A stretch of 40,513 nt of DNA. Origin: Myxococcota bacterium. GTDB taxonomy: Bacteria > Myxococcota > UBA4151. Below are positions 25,101-32,759 of this stretch, in pieces. The stretch is taken from the NCBI GenBank assembly GCA_040260805.1, contig JBDQPD010000021.1, positions 1-40,513 of the forward strand, given 5' to 3'. How positions within the stretch are numbered: position 1 is the first letter of the stretch; every line of letters begins with the position of its first letter. The translations under genes and the position numbers were made by a program. The notes under the pieces are model-generated. The model did no database searches. It worked only from the letters and a program-made list of their open reading frames with translations, and was not told the origin of the DNA.

Positions 25101-27108
25101 CGGTACGGGCACAAGCCGTACCTCAGCGGTTCAGGTTCGCAACCTGACTCAGGTCAGTCAGGTGATCACGAGTACCTATTCAAGCTGCGCCTTGAAGCTC
25201 AATGGCACCGTCTTTTGCTGGGGTAATAACAACTATGGACAGATCGGTGACGGAACGACGAGCACTCGCTCGACGCCCGTTCAGGTCCGAGGCTTGACCG
25301 GCGTGACCGAAATCGCTGCGGGTCGAATCCACCACTGCGCCCGCAAATCAGACGGCACCGTCTACTGCTGGGGTTACAATGGATACGGTCAGATCGGTGA
25401 TGGCTCGAGGTCGAACCGCAGCACGCCGGTTCAGGCGCGCGGGCTGACTGGCGTCCGCAACGTCACGGCTGGTGTGAATCACTCATGCGCTGTGTTGAAC
25501 AATGGTTCGGCTAAGTGCTGGGGTTACGGTTATTACCATAACGTCACGAACACTTCGAATCGCAGCTTCTACTACCAGACGCCGGTCAATGTTGGTGGTG
25601 TCAGCGGCGTGAGCGAGATGAAGGCTTACGGCTATGGTAACTGCTACCGCCGGGCCAATGGAACCGTGGGTTGCTTCGGTTATGGTTGCCACGGTCAAAT
25701 GGGTAATGGGGCGACGAGCTGCTACAACTATGGCAATCGCACGGTCTCGAACCTTAGCAACGCAGTCGAGCTCGGCGGTGGTTACTATCACATGTGCGCT
25801 CGTGACGGCGACGGCAACGTGAAGTGCTGGGGCTACAACAGCTACGGTCAGCTCGGCGACGGCTCGACCACTCAGCGCAGCTCGCCGGTTCAGGTGAGCA
25901 CCATGACCGACGCGGTGACGCTTTCACAGGGTGGTACGGGGATGCACTCGTGCGCTTCTCGCACCGGCGGGTCGGTCAGCTGCTGGGGTCGTAACAACTA
26001 TGGTCAGATGGGTGCCGGTACGTCCGGCAACAACCAAACGACGCCGATCAATGCGATCGGTGCAGTCTCTGGTGATGTCGGCTTAGGCAACAGCCCGACC
26101 AACCCAGGGCGCTCGTGCAAAGCCATTAAGGACTCGCGTGCGACCAACAACCAAACGGCAAACACGGGAACGTACTTTGTGGATCCGAACGCCGGAACCA
26201 ACACGGACTCCCGTGCGGTCTACTGCGACATGACCACTGATGGTGGTGGTTGGACCCAGGTCGCAAACACCTACGACTACACCCTCAATGACCAAGGTCA
26301 GGGATACTACACCAGCATCTCGAGCAAGGTCCCGGGTGGACGTCATTACGGTGTTTGGAACGGTATGCGCGACTGGATCACCGGAAACGCTGACGTTCGC
26401 TTTACCTGTAAGCTTGATAAGACGAGCAACAGCAACAATGTGGATATGAGTTTCTACAACATCCACTGGTATCGGGAGATCACCACGGGCTCGGACAGCA
26501 ACAGCTGCTTTGAAGAGTCCAACGGCAGCGGTTACACTCGACCGGCGCCGCAGCGTAAGAACAACCTCAACAATCAGACTCGTGCTCGCGGTGACAACTG
26601 GGATTACGGTTACCTTGAGGGCGAAGATTACTGCGGTGACACCGGTGACTTCACCATCGACTTCGATAACCGCGGTATGGATTCGAACCAGACTGACGGC
26701 ACCGACTGGGGTGAAGATGACAGCTCGAAGAAATGCGGCTCGACGTATGGCAGCAGCAACGCGTCGTGGCAGATCTGGGTGCGTGAACGTGCAGGCGGTA
26801 CCGGCGGCAACAACGGCGGTGGCGGCGCAGGAACGCGCTGTCAGCGACAAGGCTGGAAACGTGGCAATGCGAACTGGAGCTGCCCGGCTGGCTGGCGTAT
26901 GCCGAATCGTAACGAGTGGAACGTCGTGCAGCCTTGCGTGACGGCTTCCGATAACAACCGCTTTGGTTACTACCGTGATGTGGCGATCTCTGTCGGCGGC
27001 TGCAACTGCAAGTGGAACGGCGGCTGGTGTGGTCAGCCGAGTATCGAGACGATTCGTCAGGGTCGCACCTGCGGTGACTTCGATCAGCTACACATCTGTG
27101 TTCGCTGA
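22123..27108 (+). CDS. Large secreted multidomain protein (Cys-rich repeats, RCC1 propeller, fibrinogen-like domain, lectin-like C-terminus)
   Basis: Signal peptide ending AQA; CGDG...CDDGN repeats; CWG.N.YGQLGDG repeats; SC..I...G.Y.vDP...VYCDMTTDGGGWT; CPAGWRMP..EW. Confidence 0.9.
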   Translation: MRVLRTVRFSLIAIMAVSLWPSQQAQASHFYNNTYDADRYLWDLYSYYWYISNGSIDAYDGWARSTINGSSYYSNSYPYYYREFGNRGARTSQNRRYGNFAVQGRTYVPASGHVDSRNYMRMIWNVQNTSGSAQNLNFRIYGNLGSDGCTRITRTSDGNTSWSTSDHWLATDDCSNGGGDPSLAFIYRNGAGQAPSSVRRSGDNLYIDWNNVRVPGNSTITFMIFNTQNPNQNASHAEAARIVTLPDEVMANLTAAEKRQLHNFGTGAAVQNLALAVSDNAAPALRATWRLSQAATARAELYENSNIPAGQTNCTGGSRIASNTFGSNTNFSYTWTNQNNWNLLKRGVKYCVKVTATDAANQTGSAVVTVVSAIGSVSSDIDQYAPSIRATARFNANPGAGTFTELYRTANCTGTRVNRQAVAWNARTVTRNFSGNDVVRNASYCMKVINGYASRNFSLGTVSAQPRDYPASLDYILGRLRAVDGDGEDFEDDLSDAINHVTVAKAYWDARTDEGANEDFNDVAINWGPSFRRAIRSIEAMSSARRNDAPRVLKTYETDLAAAVLQQVKVHANTTMAARIDDETPEYWAGIRTAAIAAVEAARDEASGQPKASAAAGAYDKLGAMYDSRYSAENRVSQTQIAIDAVIDEDLEDRPRDELVAALNNAVRYGLKYEIKAARETSTAGRTQLDAVLTSINQVSTCMAALQSQGLSDHDFTECYIEVVKIVKKLREVQGALVDTYTWRALLGIGVYGMLDISINHSTNSLVTQEGVDEDEEAQTGISEYRSGLSDLRGGNVKIALQRYINNECRIINLYNRYWAGPGNPVIDGTDACARVCGNSRVEEGEQCDDGNFTDTDGCTTDCQNNVCGDGTLYRGREACDDGNRTNTDACTNACVVARCGDSIVRTGSEECDDGNQVNDDNCSNECRSARCGDGIVQGTEQCDDGDDNNTNTCSNTCRTNAVTMATSEMHTCYVKSEVVYCAGNNTYRQLGDGTGTSRTSAVQVRNLTQVSQVITSTYSSCALKLNGTVFCWGNNNYGQIGDGTTSTRSTPVQVRGLTGVTEIAAGRIHHCARKSDGTVYCWGYNGYGQIGDGSRSNRSTPVQARGLTGVRNVTAGVNHSCAVLNNGSAKCWGYGYYHNVTNTSNRSFYYQTPVNVGGVSGVSEMKAYGYGNCYRRANGTVGCFGYGCHGQMGNGATSCYNYGNRTVSNLSNAVELGGGYYHMCARDGDGNVKCWGYNSYGQLGDGSTTQRSSPVQVSTMTDAVTLSQGGTGMHSCASRTGGSVSCWGRNNYGQMGAGTSGNNQTTPINAIGAVSGDVGLGNSPTNPGRSCKAIKDSRATNNQTANTGTYFVDPNAGTNTDSRAVYCDMTTDGGGWTQVANTYDYTLNDQGQGYYTSISSKVPGGRHYGVWNGMRDWITGNADVRFTCKLDKTSNSNNVDMSFYNIHWYREITTGSDSNSCFEESNGSGYTRPAPQRKNNLNNQTRARGDNWDYGYLEGEDYCGDTGDFTIDFDNRGMDSNQTDGTDWGEDDSSKKCGSTYGSSNASWQIWVRERAGGTGGNNGGGGAGTRCQRQGWKRGNANWSCPAGWRMPNRNEWNVVQPCVTASDNNRFGYYRDVAISVGGCNCKWNGGWCGQPSIETIRQGRTCGDFDQLHICVR
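24631..24996 (+). repeat. Four myxobacterial Cys-rich (DUF4215-type) protein repeats
   Basis: CG[ND]xxVxxxExCDDGNxxxxDxCxxxC occurs four times. Confidence 0.9.
25006..26060 (+). repeat. Seven RCC1-like repeats (complete beta-propeller)
   Basis: Seven units of HxCA...GtvxCWGxNxyGQlGdG of about 50 aa each. Confidence 0.9.
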
Positions 27109-27130
27109 CGCACAGCTCAAAGCTTAGGTC

Positions 27131-27171
27131 GAAGAGAGCCGGGGACATTAGGTCCTCGGCTTCTCTTTTTT
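27131..27171 (+). terminator. Intrinsic terminator after the large secreted protein
   Basis: Hairpin GAGAGCCGGGGAC-ATTAG-GTCCTCGGCTTCTC followed by TTTTTT. Confidence 0.8.
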
Positions 27172-27232
27172 GCTGGTCTAAAGGGCTGGGCAGTCCCGCG
27201 GCCATTGTGTACCGTCGCTCGCAAGAACTGGT

Positions 27233-28828
27233 GTGAGAATCTCCATGCGACTCTTAGTTTTCGGTTTAATCCTTGTTTTCGCTCCTGTAGCTCAAGCATC
27301 AATTGCGGTGGTTTTGCCGCCGATCGCCTTGGGCAAAAAGGCAGACTGGAAAGCCGCTGGTGCGGTTGAAAAGAGTTTGGAAGCGGCGTTGGGTACCGAC
27401 GCCGATTTGGTGGCGATTTCCGCAGCGACTGGGAAAGATAAAAAGCTCGGTGCAAAGACCATCGCTTGTAAGGGTGAGTCGCCTTGCTTTGGTAAGTTAG
27501 CCGCAGGTTTTAATGCGGACCACGCTTTGGCGAGTTTAGTGATCGGCCGAGGCAAGTCTCAAAAGCTGGTGATGGTCTTGGTCAAAGCTGATGGCACCGA
27601 AGTCGATAAGTTTTCGGGCACTGCTGGTGACGCGGGCGCTCAGGCGACGCGCATGCTGACCGGTGTCCGCAAAGCCGCAGCGGCTGCAGCTGCCGAGTCG
27701 AACAAGGCTGCGGCCGGGTCCGACTCAGAGAAAGACAGCGTCGCCGTCATGGGCTTTGCCGTGACCGACCTTGATGACGCCGTGCGTGGTCGTCTGTCTG
27801 ACGCCACGGTGCTCGGTGTGGATAAACTTAAGCTCTTTGATGTGATCAGCGGTGATGATGTTCAAGCGATGCTCGACCAGCAACAACTCAAGGATGCCCT
27901 GAGCTGCGATTCGAGCTCATGCCTCGCCGAGCTCGGCGGCGCCCTTGATGCGCGCTATATGATCAACGGTAAGGCGAGCAAGTCCAAGTCGGGCGCTCGT
28001 ATTACGATGACCTTGCTCGATGTCTATGAAGCCAAGGCGATTGCACGTGATGCGCGTGAGATGAGCTTAGAGGCGATTGAGAACGACGTGCCGGGCATGG
28101 CGAAGAAACTGTTCAACTCGATCTTAGCGACTCAGGGTGGAACCATCCTGATTGGATGCGACGAGATCGGCACGTCGATTTATGTCGATGGTGACTTGGT
28201 CACGACGGCTACCGGCCGGATGTTTAAGACCCAGATCTCGGGTGGTACCCACCGGGTTGAAGGTAAGAAGGAAGGCTTTGTTACCTGGGCGAAGGACATC
28301 GACGTGACCGCAGAGTCCGAACAGAAGCTCACGGTTGAAATGCTACCTTCTCAAGATTTCATTCGAGCTCGTATCGCCAAATCCAATGGTCGCCGGACCA
28401 TGGGTCTGATCGGTGGGGGCATGGCGGTCGCGCTTGGAGCCGCTGCTGCGGTGCTTCAAACGCAAGCTCAGGGCCACTTTGACCAAGGACAAGATGTGAT
28501 GCGTACGGGTTGTGATGGGTCCTGCCTTGATGGAACCGACTTCGACCTCGCTTGGACTGCGAGCATCAGTAAAGGCTCGCTCAAGCTCAACCCCGCTGCG
28601 CCCAATCTTGAAGAGGCTAAAGCCAGCTATACGAACTCTTTGGATCAGCAAAATACGATGCTGACGGGTTCTTACGTTTCGCTCGGATTAGCAGGCGTTA
28701 GCGCTGTTTACGGAGCGTGGAGTTACTTTGGGGCAGAGGACGCCAGTCGCTGGGAGCGCTTCTTGATCGACGAAGCACCTAAGGACGAGAAGAAAGCCGC
28801 GGCGGCTAAGCCCGTTGCGGCTAAGTAA
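27233..28828 (+). CDS. PEGA domain-containing exported protein
   Basis: Signal peptide ending AQA; two alpha/beta modules with CxxxxC (CKGESPC, CDSSSCLAELGGAL); PEGA motif SIYVDG...GTHRVEGKKEGF..W; two C-terminal hydrophobic helices. Confidence 0.8.
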   Translation: MRISMRLLVFGLILVFAPVAQASIAVVLPPIALGKKADWKAAGAVEKSLEAALGTDADLVAISAATGKDKKLGAKTIACKGESPCFGKLAAGFNADHALASLVIGRGKSQKLVMVLVKADGTEVDKFSGTAGDAGAQATRMLTGVRKAAAAAAAESNKAAAGSDSEKDSVAVMGFAVTDLDDAVRGRLSDATVLGVDKLKLFDVISGDDVQAMLDQQQLKDALSCDSSSCLAELGGALDARYMINGKASKSKSGARITMTLLDVYEAKAIARDAREMSLEAIENDVPGMAKKLFNSILATQGGTILIGCDEIGTSIYVDGDLVTTATGRMFKTQISGGTHRVEGKKEGFVTWAKDIDVTAESEQKLTVEMLPSQDFIRARIAKSNGRRTMGLIGGGMAVALGAAAAVLQTQAQGHFDQGQDVMRTGCDGSCLDGTDFDLAWTASISKGSLKLNPAAPNLEEAKASYTNSLDQQNTMLTGSYVSLGLAGVSAVYGAWSYFGAEDASRWERFLIDEAPKDEKKAAAAKPVAAK

Positions 28829-28850
28829 AGTCTAGTCTCCGAGGTCTACG

Positions 28851-29477
28851 ATGTTCACGGGTTTGGTGCGCCATCGCGCAACCCTCCGGGACCGTAATGT
28901 TGATGGTCGCGCAGGGAGTTTAGCGCTGCGCTTAGATCGCCCTGAGGTTTGGGACGATTTGCGAGTCGGCGATTCCATTGCAGTTAACGGGTGCTGTCTC
29001 ACGATCACAACTTTTGATGATGACTCGATGAGTTTTGAGGCGGGCAGCGAGACGCTGGCGCGAACCTTGTTTGAGCAGCTCGCTATTGGGCAAAAGATGC
29101 ACGTGGAACAGGCTCTGCGCGTAGGTGACCGGATGGATGGTCATATGGTCACGGGGCATGTCGATGGACTTGGCCAGTTGCTCGAGCGTGTCGAGGTAGC
29201 CGGTGGTCGTCGTCTTCGCTTTGGTGTCACCCCAGAGCTTGCTCGAATGCTGCCTGAAAAGGGCTCTGTTTGTGTTGACGGGATCAGTTTGACCATCGCC
29301 GCAGATGAGCCGTCAGGTTTTACCGTCGAATTGATTCCTGAGACTCTTGAAGCGACGGAGTTGACGCGATTGGTTGCTGGGGACTCGGTTCATGTTGAAG
29401 TCGACCCCATGGCCCGATACGCGGCGCACTGGTTAGCCAGAACTGGCGTGCTCAACGCTGCAGGGAGCGAGACATGA
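28851..29477 (+). CDS. ribE: Riboflavin synthase (alpha chain)
   Basis: MFTGLV, GDSIAVNGCCLT, GHMVTGHVDG, KGSVCVDGISLT, LIPETL. Confidence 0.96.
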   Translation: MFTGLVRHRATLRDRNVDGRAGSLALRLDRPEVWDDLRVGDSIAVNGCCLTITTFDDDSMSFEAGSETLARTLFEQLAIGQKMHVEQALRVGDRMDGHMVTGHVDGLGQLLERVEVAGGRRLRFGVTPELARMLPEKGSVCVDGISLTIAADEPSGFTVELIPETLEATELTRLVAGDSVHVEVDPMARYAAHWLARTGVLNAAGSET

Positions 29478-30610
29478 TAGATGATCGAATCGCACGGGTA
29501 GAGACCGCTATTGAAGCGATGCGCCGTGGTCAGATTGTGATTATGGTCGATGACGAAGATCGCGAGAATGAGGGTGATCTGTGCATGGCGGCTCAGTTTG
29601 TGACGCCCGAGGCGATCAATCTCATGGCTAAAGAGGCGCGCGGTTTGATCTGCGTGACCTTGACCGCTGAACGCTGCAAAGAGCTTGAGCTGCCGATGAT
29701 GGTCACCGATGAAAATGGTTCGGTCTTTGGAACGAACTTCACCGTCTCTGTAGAGGCAGCGGTTGGTGTCACCACGGGTATTAGCGCTGCTGATCGAGCC
29801 CAGACTGTTTCCGTGTGTTGCAACCCTGAAGCCGGTCCAGCTGATTTGGTTAAGCCTGGGCATATCTTTCCTCTGCGAGCGGAACCGGGCGGGGTTTTGG
29901 TTCGGACTGGACAGACCGAAGGAAGCGTCGATTTGGCGCGCCTGTCGGGGCTAATCCCGGCGGCGGTGATCGTTGAGATCATGAACGAAGACGGCACGAT
30001 GGCGCGAATGCCTCAGCTCGAGATCTTCGCTAAAGAGCATGATATGCCGATCGTTCAGGTCGCAGATTTGGTTCATTATCGATTGCAAAATGAGAGTTTG
30101 ATCACCCGCGCAAGCGACCAAGAGGTGGAGACGCGCTGGGGTACCTATCGAGCGGTTTCTTATGCCTCAAAAGTCGGCGGGCTTGAGATGGTTGCCTTTG
30201 TGCTCGGCCAACCGGAACATGACGACACGGCGCTCGTTCGAGTTCACGCGGCGCGACCATGGGCTGACACCTTTGGTGGTGGTTTGCCCGGTGCCATGCC
30301 GGACTTAGACCTCGGATTTCAGGCGATCGCAGCGAAGGGTAGCGGTGTCTTGTTGTATTTAGCCCGGCAGAACCAGGTCGCTTTGCTTGATGCTATGGCT
30401 CAAGGCGAGCGTCCGCCCACCGCAGAGAATCTGCACACTATTGGTATCGGTGCTCAGGTTTTACGTGATCTGGGTTTGAGCCAGATTGAGTTGGTTTCTC
30501 GTCGTCAGTTGCCGGTGCGCGGCGTGTCAGGGTTTGGAATTGATGTGGTCAATATTGTTGACCCTCGCGAGCTGCTTGAAGAGGCGCCTGGCGAGTGGTT
30601 GACGCACTAG
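29474..30610 (+). CDS. ribB: DHBP synthase fused to a degenerate GTP cyclohydrolase II domain (RibBX type)
   Basis: Intact RibB motifs DDEDRENEGDL, GLIC, FTVSVEA, TTGISAADR, PGHIFPL, GQTEGSVDL. The C-terminal domain has RVHAARPWADTF in place of RVHSECLTGD...RCDC. Confidence 0.92.
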   Translation: MIDDRIARVETAIEAMRRGQIVIMVDDEDRENEGDLCMAAQFVTPEAINLMAKEARGLICVTLTAERCKELELPMMVTDENGSVFGTNFTVSVEAAVGVTTGISAADRAQTVSVCCNPEAGPADLVKPGHIFPLRAEPGGVLVRTGQTEGSVDLARLSGLIPAAVIVEIMNEDGTMARMPQLEIFAKEHDMPIVQVADLVHYRLQNESLITRASDQEVETRWGTYRAVSYASKVGGLEMVAFVLGQPEHDDTALVRVHAARPWADTFGGGLPGAMPDLDLGFQAIAAKGSGVLLYLARQNQVALLDAMAQGERPPTAENLHTIGIGAQVLRDLGLSQIELVSRRQLPVRGVSGFGIDVVNIVDPRELLEEAPGEWLTH

Positions 30611-30644
30611 GGAACGGGCTTCGGTCAGTTCATAGGAAAAGCGA

Positions 30645-31148
30645 ATGAAAATTGTTGAAGGCCAGACTGCCATCGTCAGTGAATCGGGTGTGTCAGTGGG
30701 TTCTGGCAAGCGGTTTGGGATTGTCGTCGCTCGCTTTAATCACTTTGTGACCGAGCCTTTACTCGAAGGAGCGCTCGCTGCGCTCAGCGATTATGGCGTG
30801 CGCAAAGAGGACATCACCGTTGCGCGGGTACCGGGAACCTTTGAGTTGCCTCCAGTCGCAGCTCGGTTAGCTCGGTCGGGTCGTTTTGACGCGATCATCG
30901 CCATTGGCGCTGTCATTCGAGGTGGAACGCCTCACTTCGATTACGTCGCCGGCGAGGCTGCTAAGGGAACCGCTGACGTGGCGATGCAGACCGGCTTGCC
31001 GGTCGCCTTTGGTATTCTCACCTGCGATACCGTCGATCAAGCGGTTGAGCGTGCCGGTGAAGGGGCTTCAAACAAAGGCTACGAAGCAGCTCAGGCAGCT
31101 ATTGAGATGGCCGATCTCAACAGTCAACTTGGGGCTTTGGGTCTTTGA
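30645..31148 (+). CDS. ribH: 6,7-dimethyl-8-ribityllumazine synthase
   Basis: [43 protein letters not shown]. Confidence 0.97.
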   Translation: MKIVEGQTAIVSESGVSVGSGKRFGIVVARFNHFVTEPLLEGALAALSDYGVRKEDITVARVPGTFELPPVAARLARSGRFDAIIAIGAVIRGGTPHFDYVAGEAAKGTADVAMQTGLPVAFGILTCDTVDQAVERAGEGASNKGYEAAQAAIEMADLNSQLGALGL

Positions 31149-31552
31149 AACCTAAGCTGCGCAGTCGGGCGCGTGGAGCAGCCCTTCAAATCCTCTACCA
31201 GATGGATCTAGGGGCTAGTGAAGAAGAAGCGTTCGAGCACGTGATGACGCACTTTGGAACGCCACCGCTCGATAATGGATACCTCAGAAGATTGCTCGAT
31301 GGCGTGGCGTCTCGGCGTGACGAACTGTCGGAGCGCTTGGGTGCGGTTAATCCTGAATGGCGGCAAGATCGCCAAGATGTGGTGGACCGAAACCTTCTTT
31401 TGTTGAGTGCCTTTGAATTGGTCGAGGGCACCGCTCCTTTGAAGGTTGTTTTAGCCGAGGCGGGATTGCTCGCAGAGCGTTACGGCTCGGATCGCAGTTC
31501 CAGTTTTGTACGCGGCACCCTTGGACGTCTTGCTGAGGGCTTGTCGGGGTGA
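31145..31552 (+). CDS. nusB: Transcription antitermination factor NusB
   Basis: [15 protein letters not shown]...R...VDRNLL, P.KVV..EA..LA..YG...S..FV.G.L; directly follows ribH. Confidence 0.88.
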   Translation: MKPKLRSRARGAALQILYQMDLGASEEEAFEHVMTHFGTPPLDNGYLRRLLDGVASRRDELSERLGAVNPEWRQDRQDVVDRNLLLLSAFELVEGTAPLKVVLAEAGLLAERYGSDRSSSFVRGTLGRLAEGLSG

Positions 31553-31986
31553 GCGTACAAGCCCCCGTGTCCACGCCATGGCCTGCGGAAGCCGGTGGTT
31601 TGGCGCTTCGAACCGTCGATTCGGTTGCGGGTCACACGATGGTGGTTCCGACCGGGCGCTTGCTCGGCAGGATGCCGACGCTTGCCTCGGCGCTTGATTG
31701 GCGTTTGGGTGGCCGTATTGCTCAGCGAGTCGCTGCCGAGCGATTCACGGGGCAAAGTGGAGAGCGTCTCCTGCTTTTGTTGCCGGAGCATCCCTGGCCG
31801 GTCGTGGTGTTGTTGGGTTTTGGTCAAGAGCTAGACCCTGAAGCGTTCTCATCGAGTCTTGCTCAGGTCCGCTCGCTCGGCGGCGGGCAGCGTGTTTGGC
31901 TTGATCCAGATTTAGCTCCCAAAGGCTGGCGTGCTGCGGCTCCTCAATGGTTGCGTGCCGCTGGAGAAAGACTGGTGGGACTATGA
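31549..31986 (+). CDS. Stand-alone peptidase M17 N-terminal-like domain protein
   Basis: LDWRLGGRIAQ......FTGQSGERLLL...VVLLGFG resembles the leucyl aminopeptidase N-domain; no catalytic domain. Confidence 0.6.
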   Translation: MSVQAPVSTPWPAEAGGLALRTVDSVAGHTMVVPTGRLLGRMPTLASALDWRLGGRIAQRVAAERFTGQSGERLLLLLPEHPWPVVVLLGFGQELDPEAFSSSLAQVRSLGGGQRVWLDPDLAPKGWRAAAPQWLRAAGERLVGL

Positions 31987-32759
31987 GTATCCAAACGCAG
32001 TTGGTTCAGGAGTTGGTTGCTTTAGCGATTTGCGGCGGCTCACACAAAGTGGTGCTAGCCGTCGGTTCTGACCGTTGGGATTTGCCCGTGGTTGATGGGC
32101 GCGTTGGCCCTTTGATGGGCGCAGGCGGCGAGGGCACGGTCGGCAGCGAGTTGGCTCAAGAGCTCGCAATGCTGTGCTCGATCGAAGGGCTCAGCGTCCG
32201 ACGCGAGCGCTTTACCCAGGGCAAAGCGCAGATGCGATGGATGAGCGCCTCGCAGCTTGCAAAGAATTTAGATCAGCATGCTGAGGGTTCTTTTGGTGAA
32301 CTCCCGGATATGGTCCAGTCCACTCCGAGTACCCTTCGAGCCCTCGATAGTCTGGATCGTTTGAGCGCTGCTTTGGTTCAGGCGGGTTCGATCAGTCAGG
32401 TCATTGACTCATGCGTTGCGGCTTGCAGCGATCTGTTTCCATCGACGGTGATGCTGCAACGAGGCGGCCAATCCGGTTGGGTTGGACCTCGAGGTGCTCT
32501 GCTCGGGGTCACTCAGAGACTCGAATCGGCTCGTCAAAAGGGCATGATGGATGTCTTCGCTCCCTGCGGTGAAGCCTATGAAGACCTGTTAGGTCGACCC
32601 CCACTTGTGGTGCTGCTTCCTTTGACGGATCAGATCGTGATTGCGTTTTCTTGGGTCGATGATGGTGTCCAGGCTCGACCGCTGGCGGCGCTGCTGGTTC
32701 AACGCTTTTGTCGCGTAGCCCTAAGACGATATAAACCTACGAATGAGATCACACCGTGA
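31983..32759 (+). CDS. Hypothetical protein
   Basis: ATGA overlap upstream and GTGA overlap with trkA; no recognised motif. Confidence 0.6.
   Translation: MSIQTQLVQELVALAICGGSHKVVLAVGSDRWDLPVVDGRVGPLMGAGGEGTVGSELAQELAMLCSIEGLSVRRERFTQGKAQMRWMSASQLAKNLDQHAEGSFGELPDMVQSTPSTLRALDSLDRLSAALVQAGSISQVIDSCVAACSDLFPSTVMLQRGGQSGWVGPRGALLGVTQRLESARQKGMMDVFAPCGEAYEDLLGRPPLVVLLPLTDQIVIAFSWVDDGVQARPLAALLVQRFCRVALRRYKPTNEITP

Noticed and set aside
24631..26060. CRISPR-like or non-coding tandem repeats
   Set aside because: The repeats are degenerate at DNA level and in frame, so they are protein repeats; there are no cas genes.
26833..27108. Diversity-generating retroelement target (CLec-like C-terminus, AAC-rich gene)
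   Set aside because: There is no reverse transcriptase, template repeat or avd in the window, and the AAC richness extends through the whole gene.
23800..27205. Long antisense ORFs (for example 24238-25035 and 26083-26850) opposite the giant gene
   Set aside because: These are shadow ORFs produced by strong codon bias on the sense strand; they have no motifs or RBS.
28829..28850. FMN riboswitch upstream of ribE
   Set aside because: The gap is only 22 nt and contains no RFN motifs.
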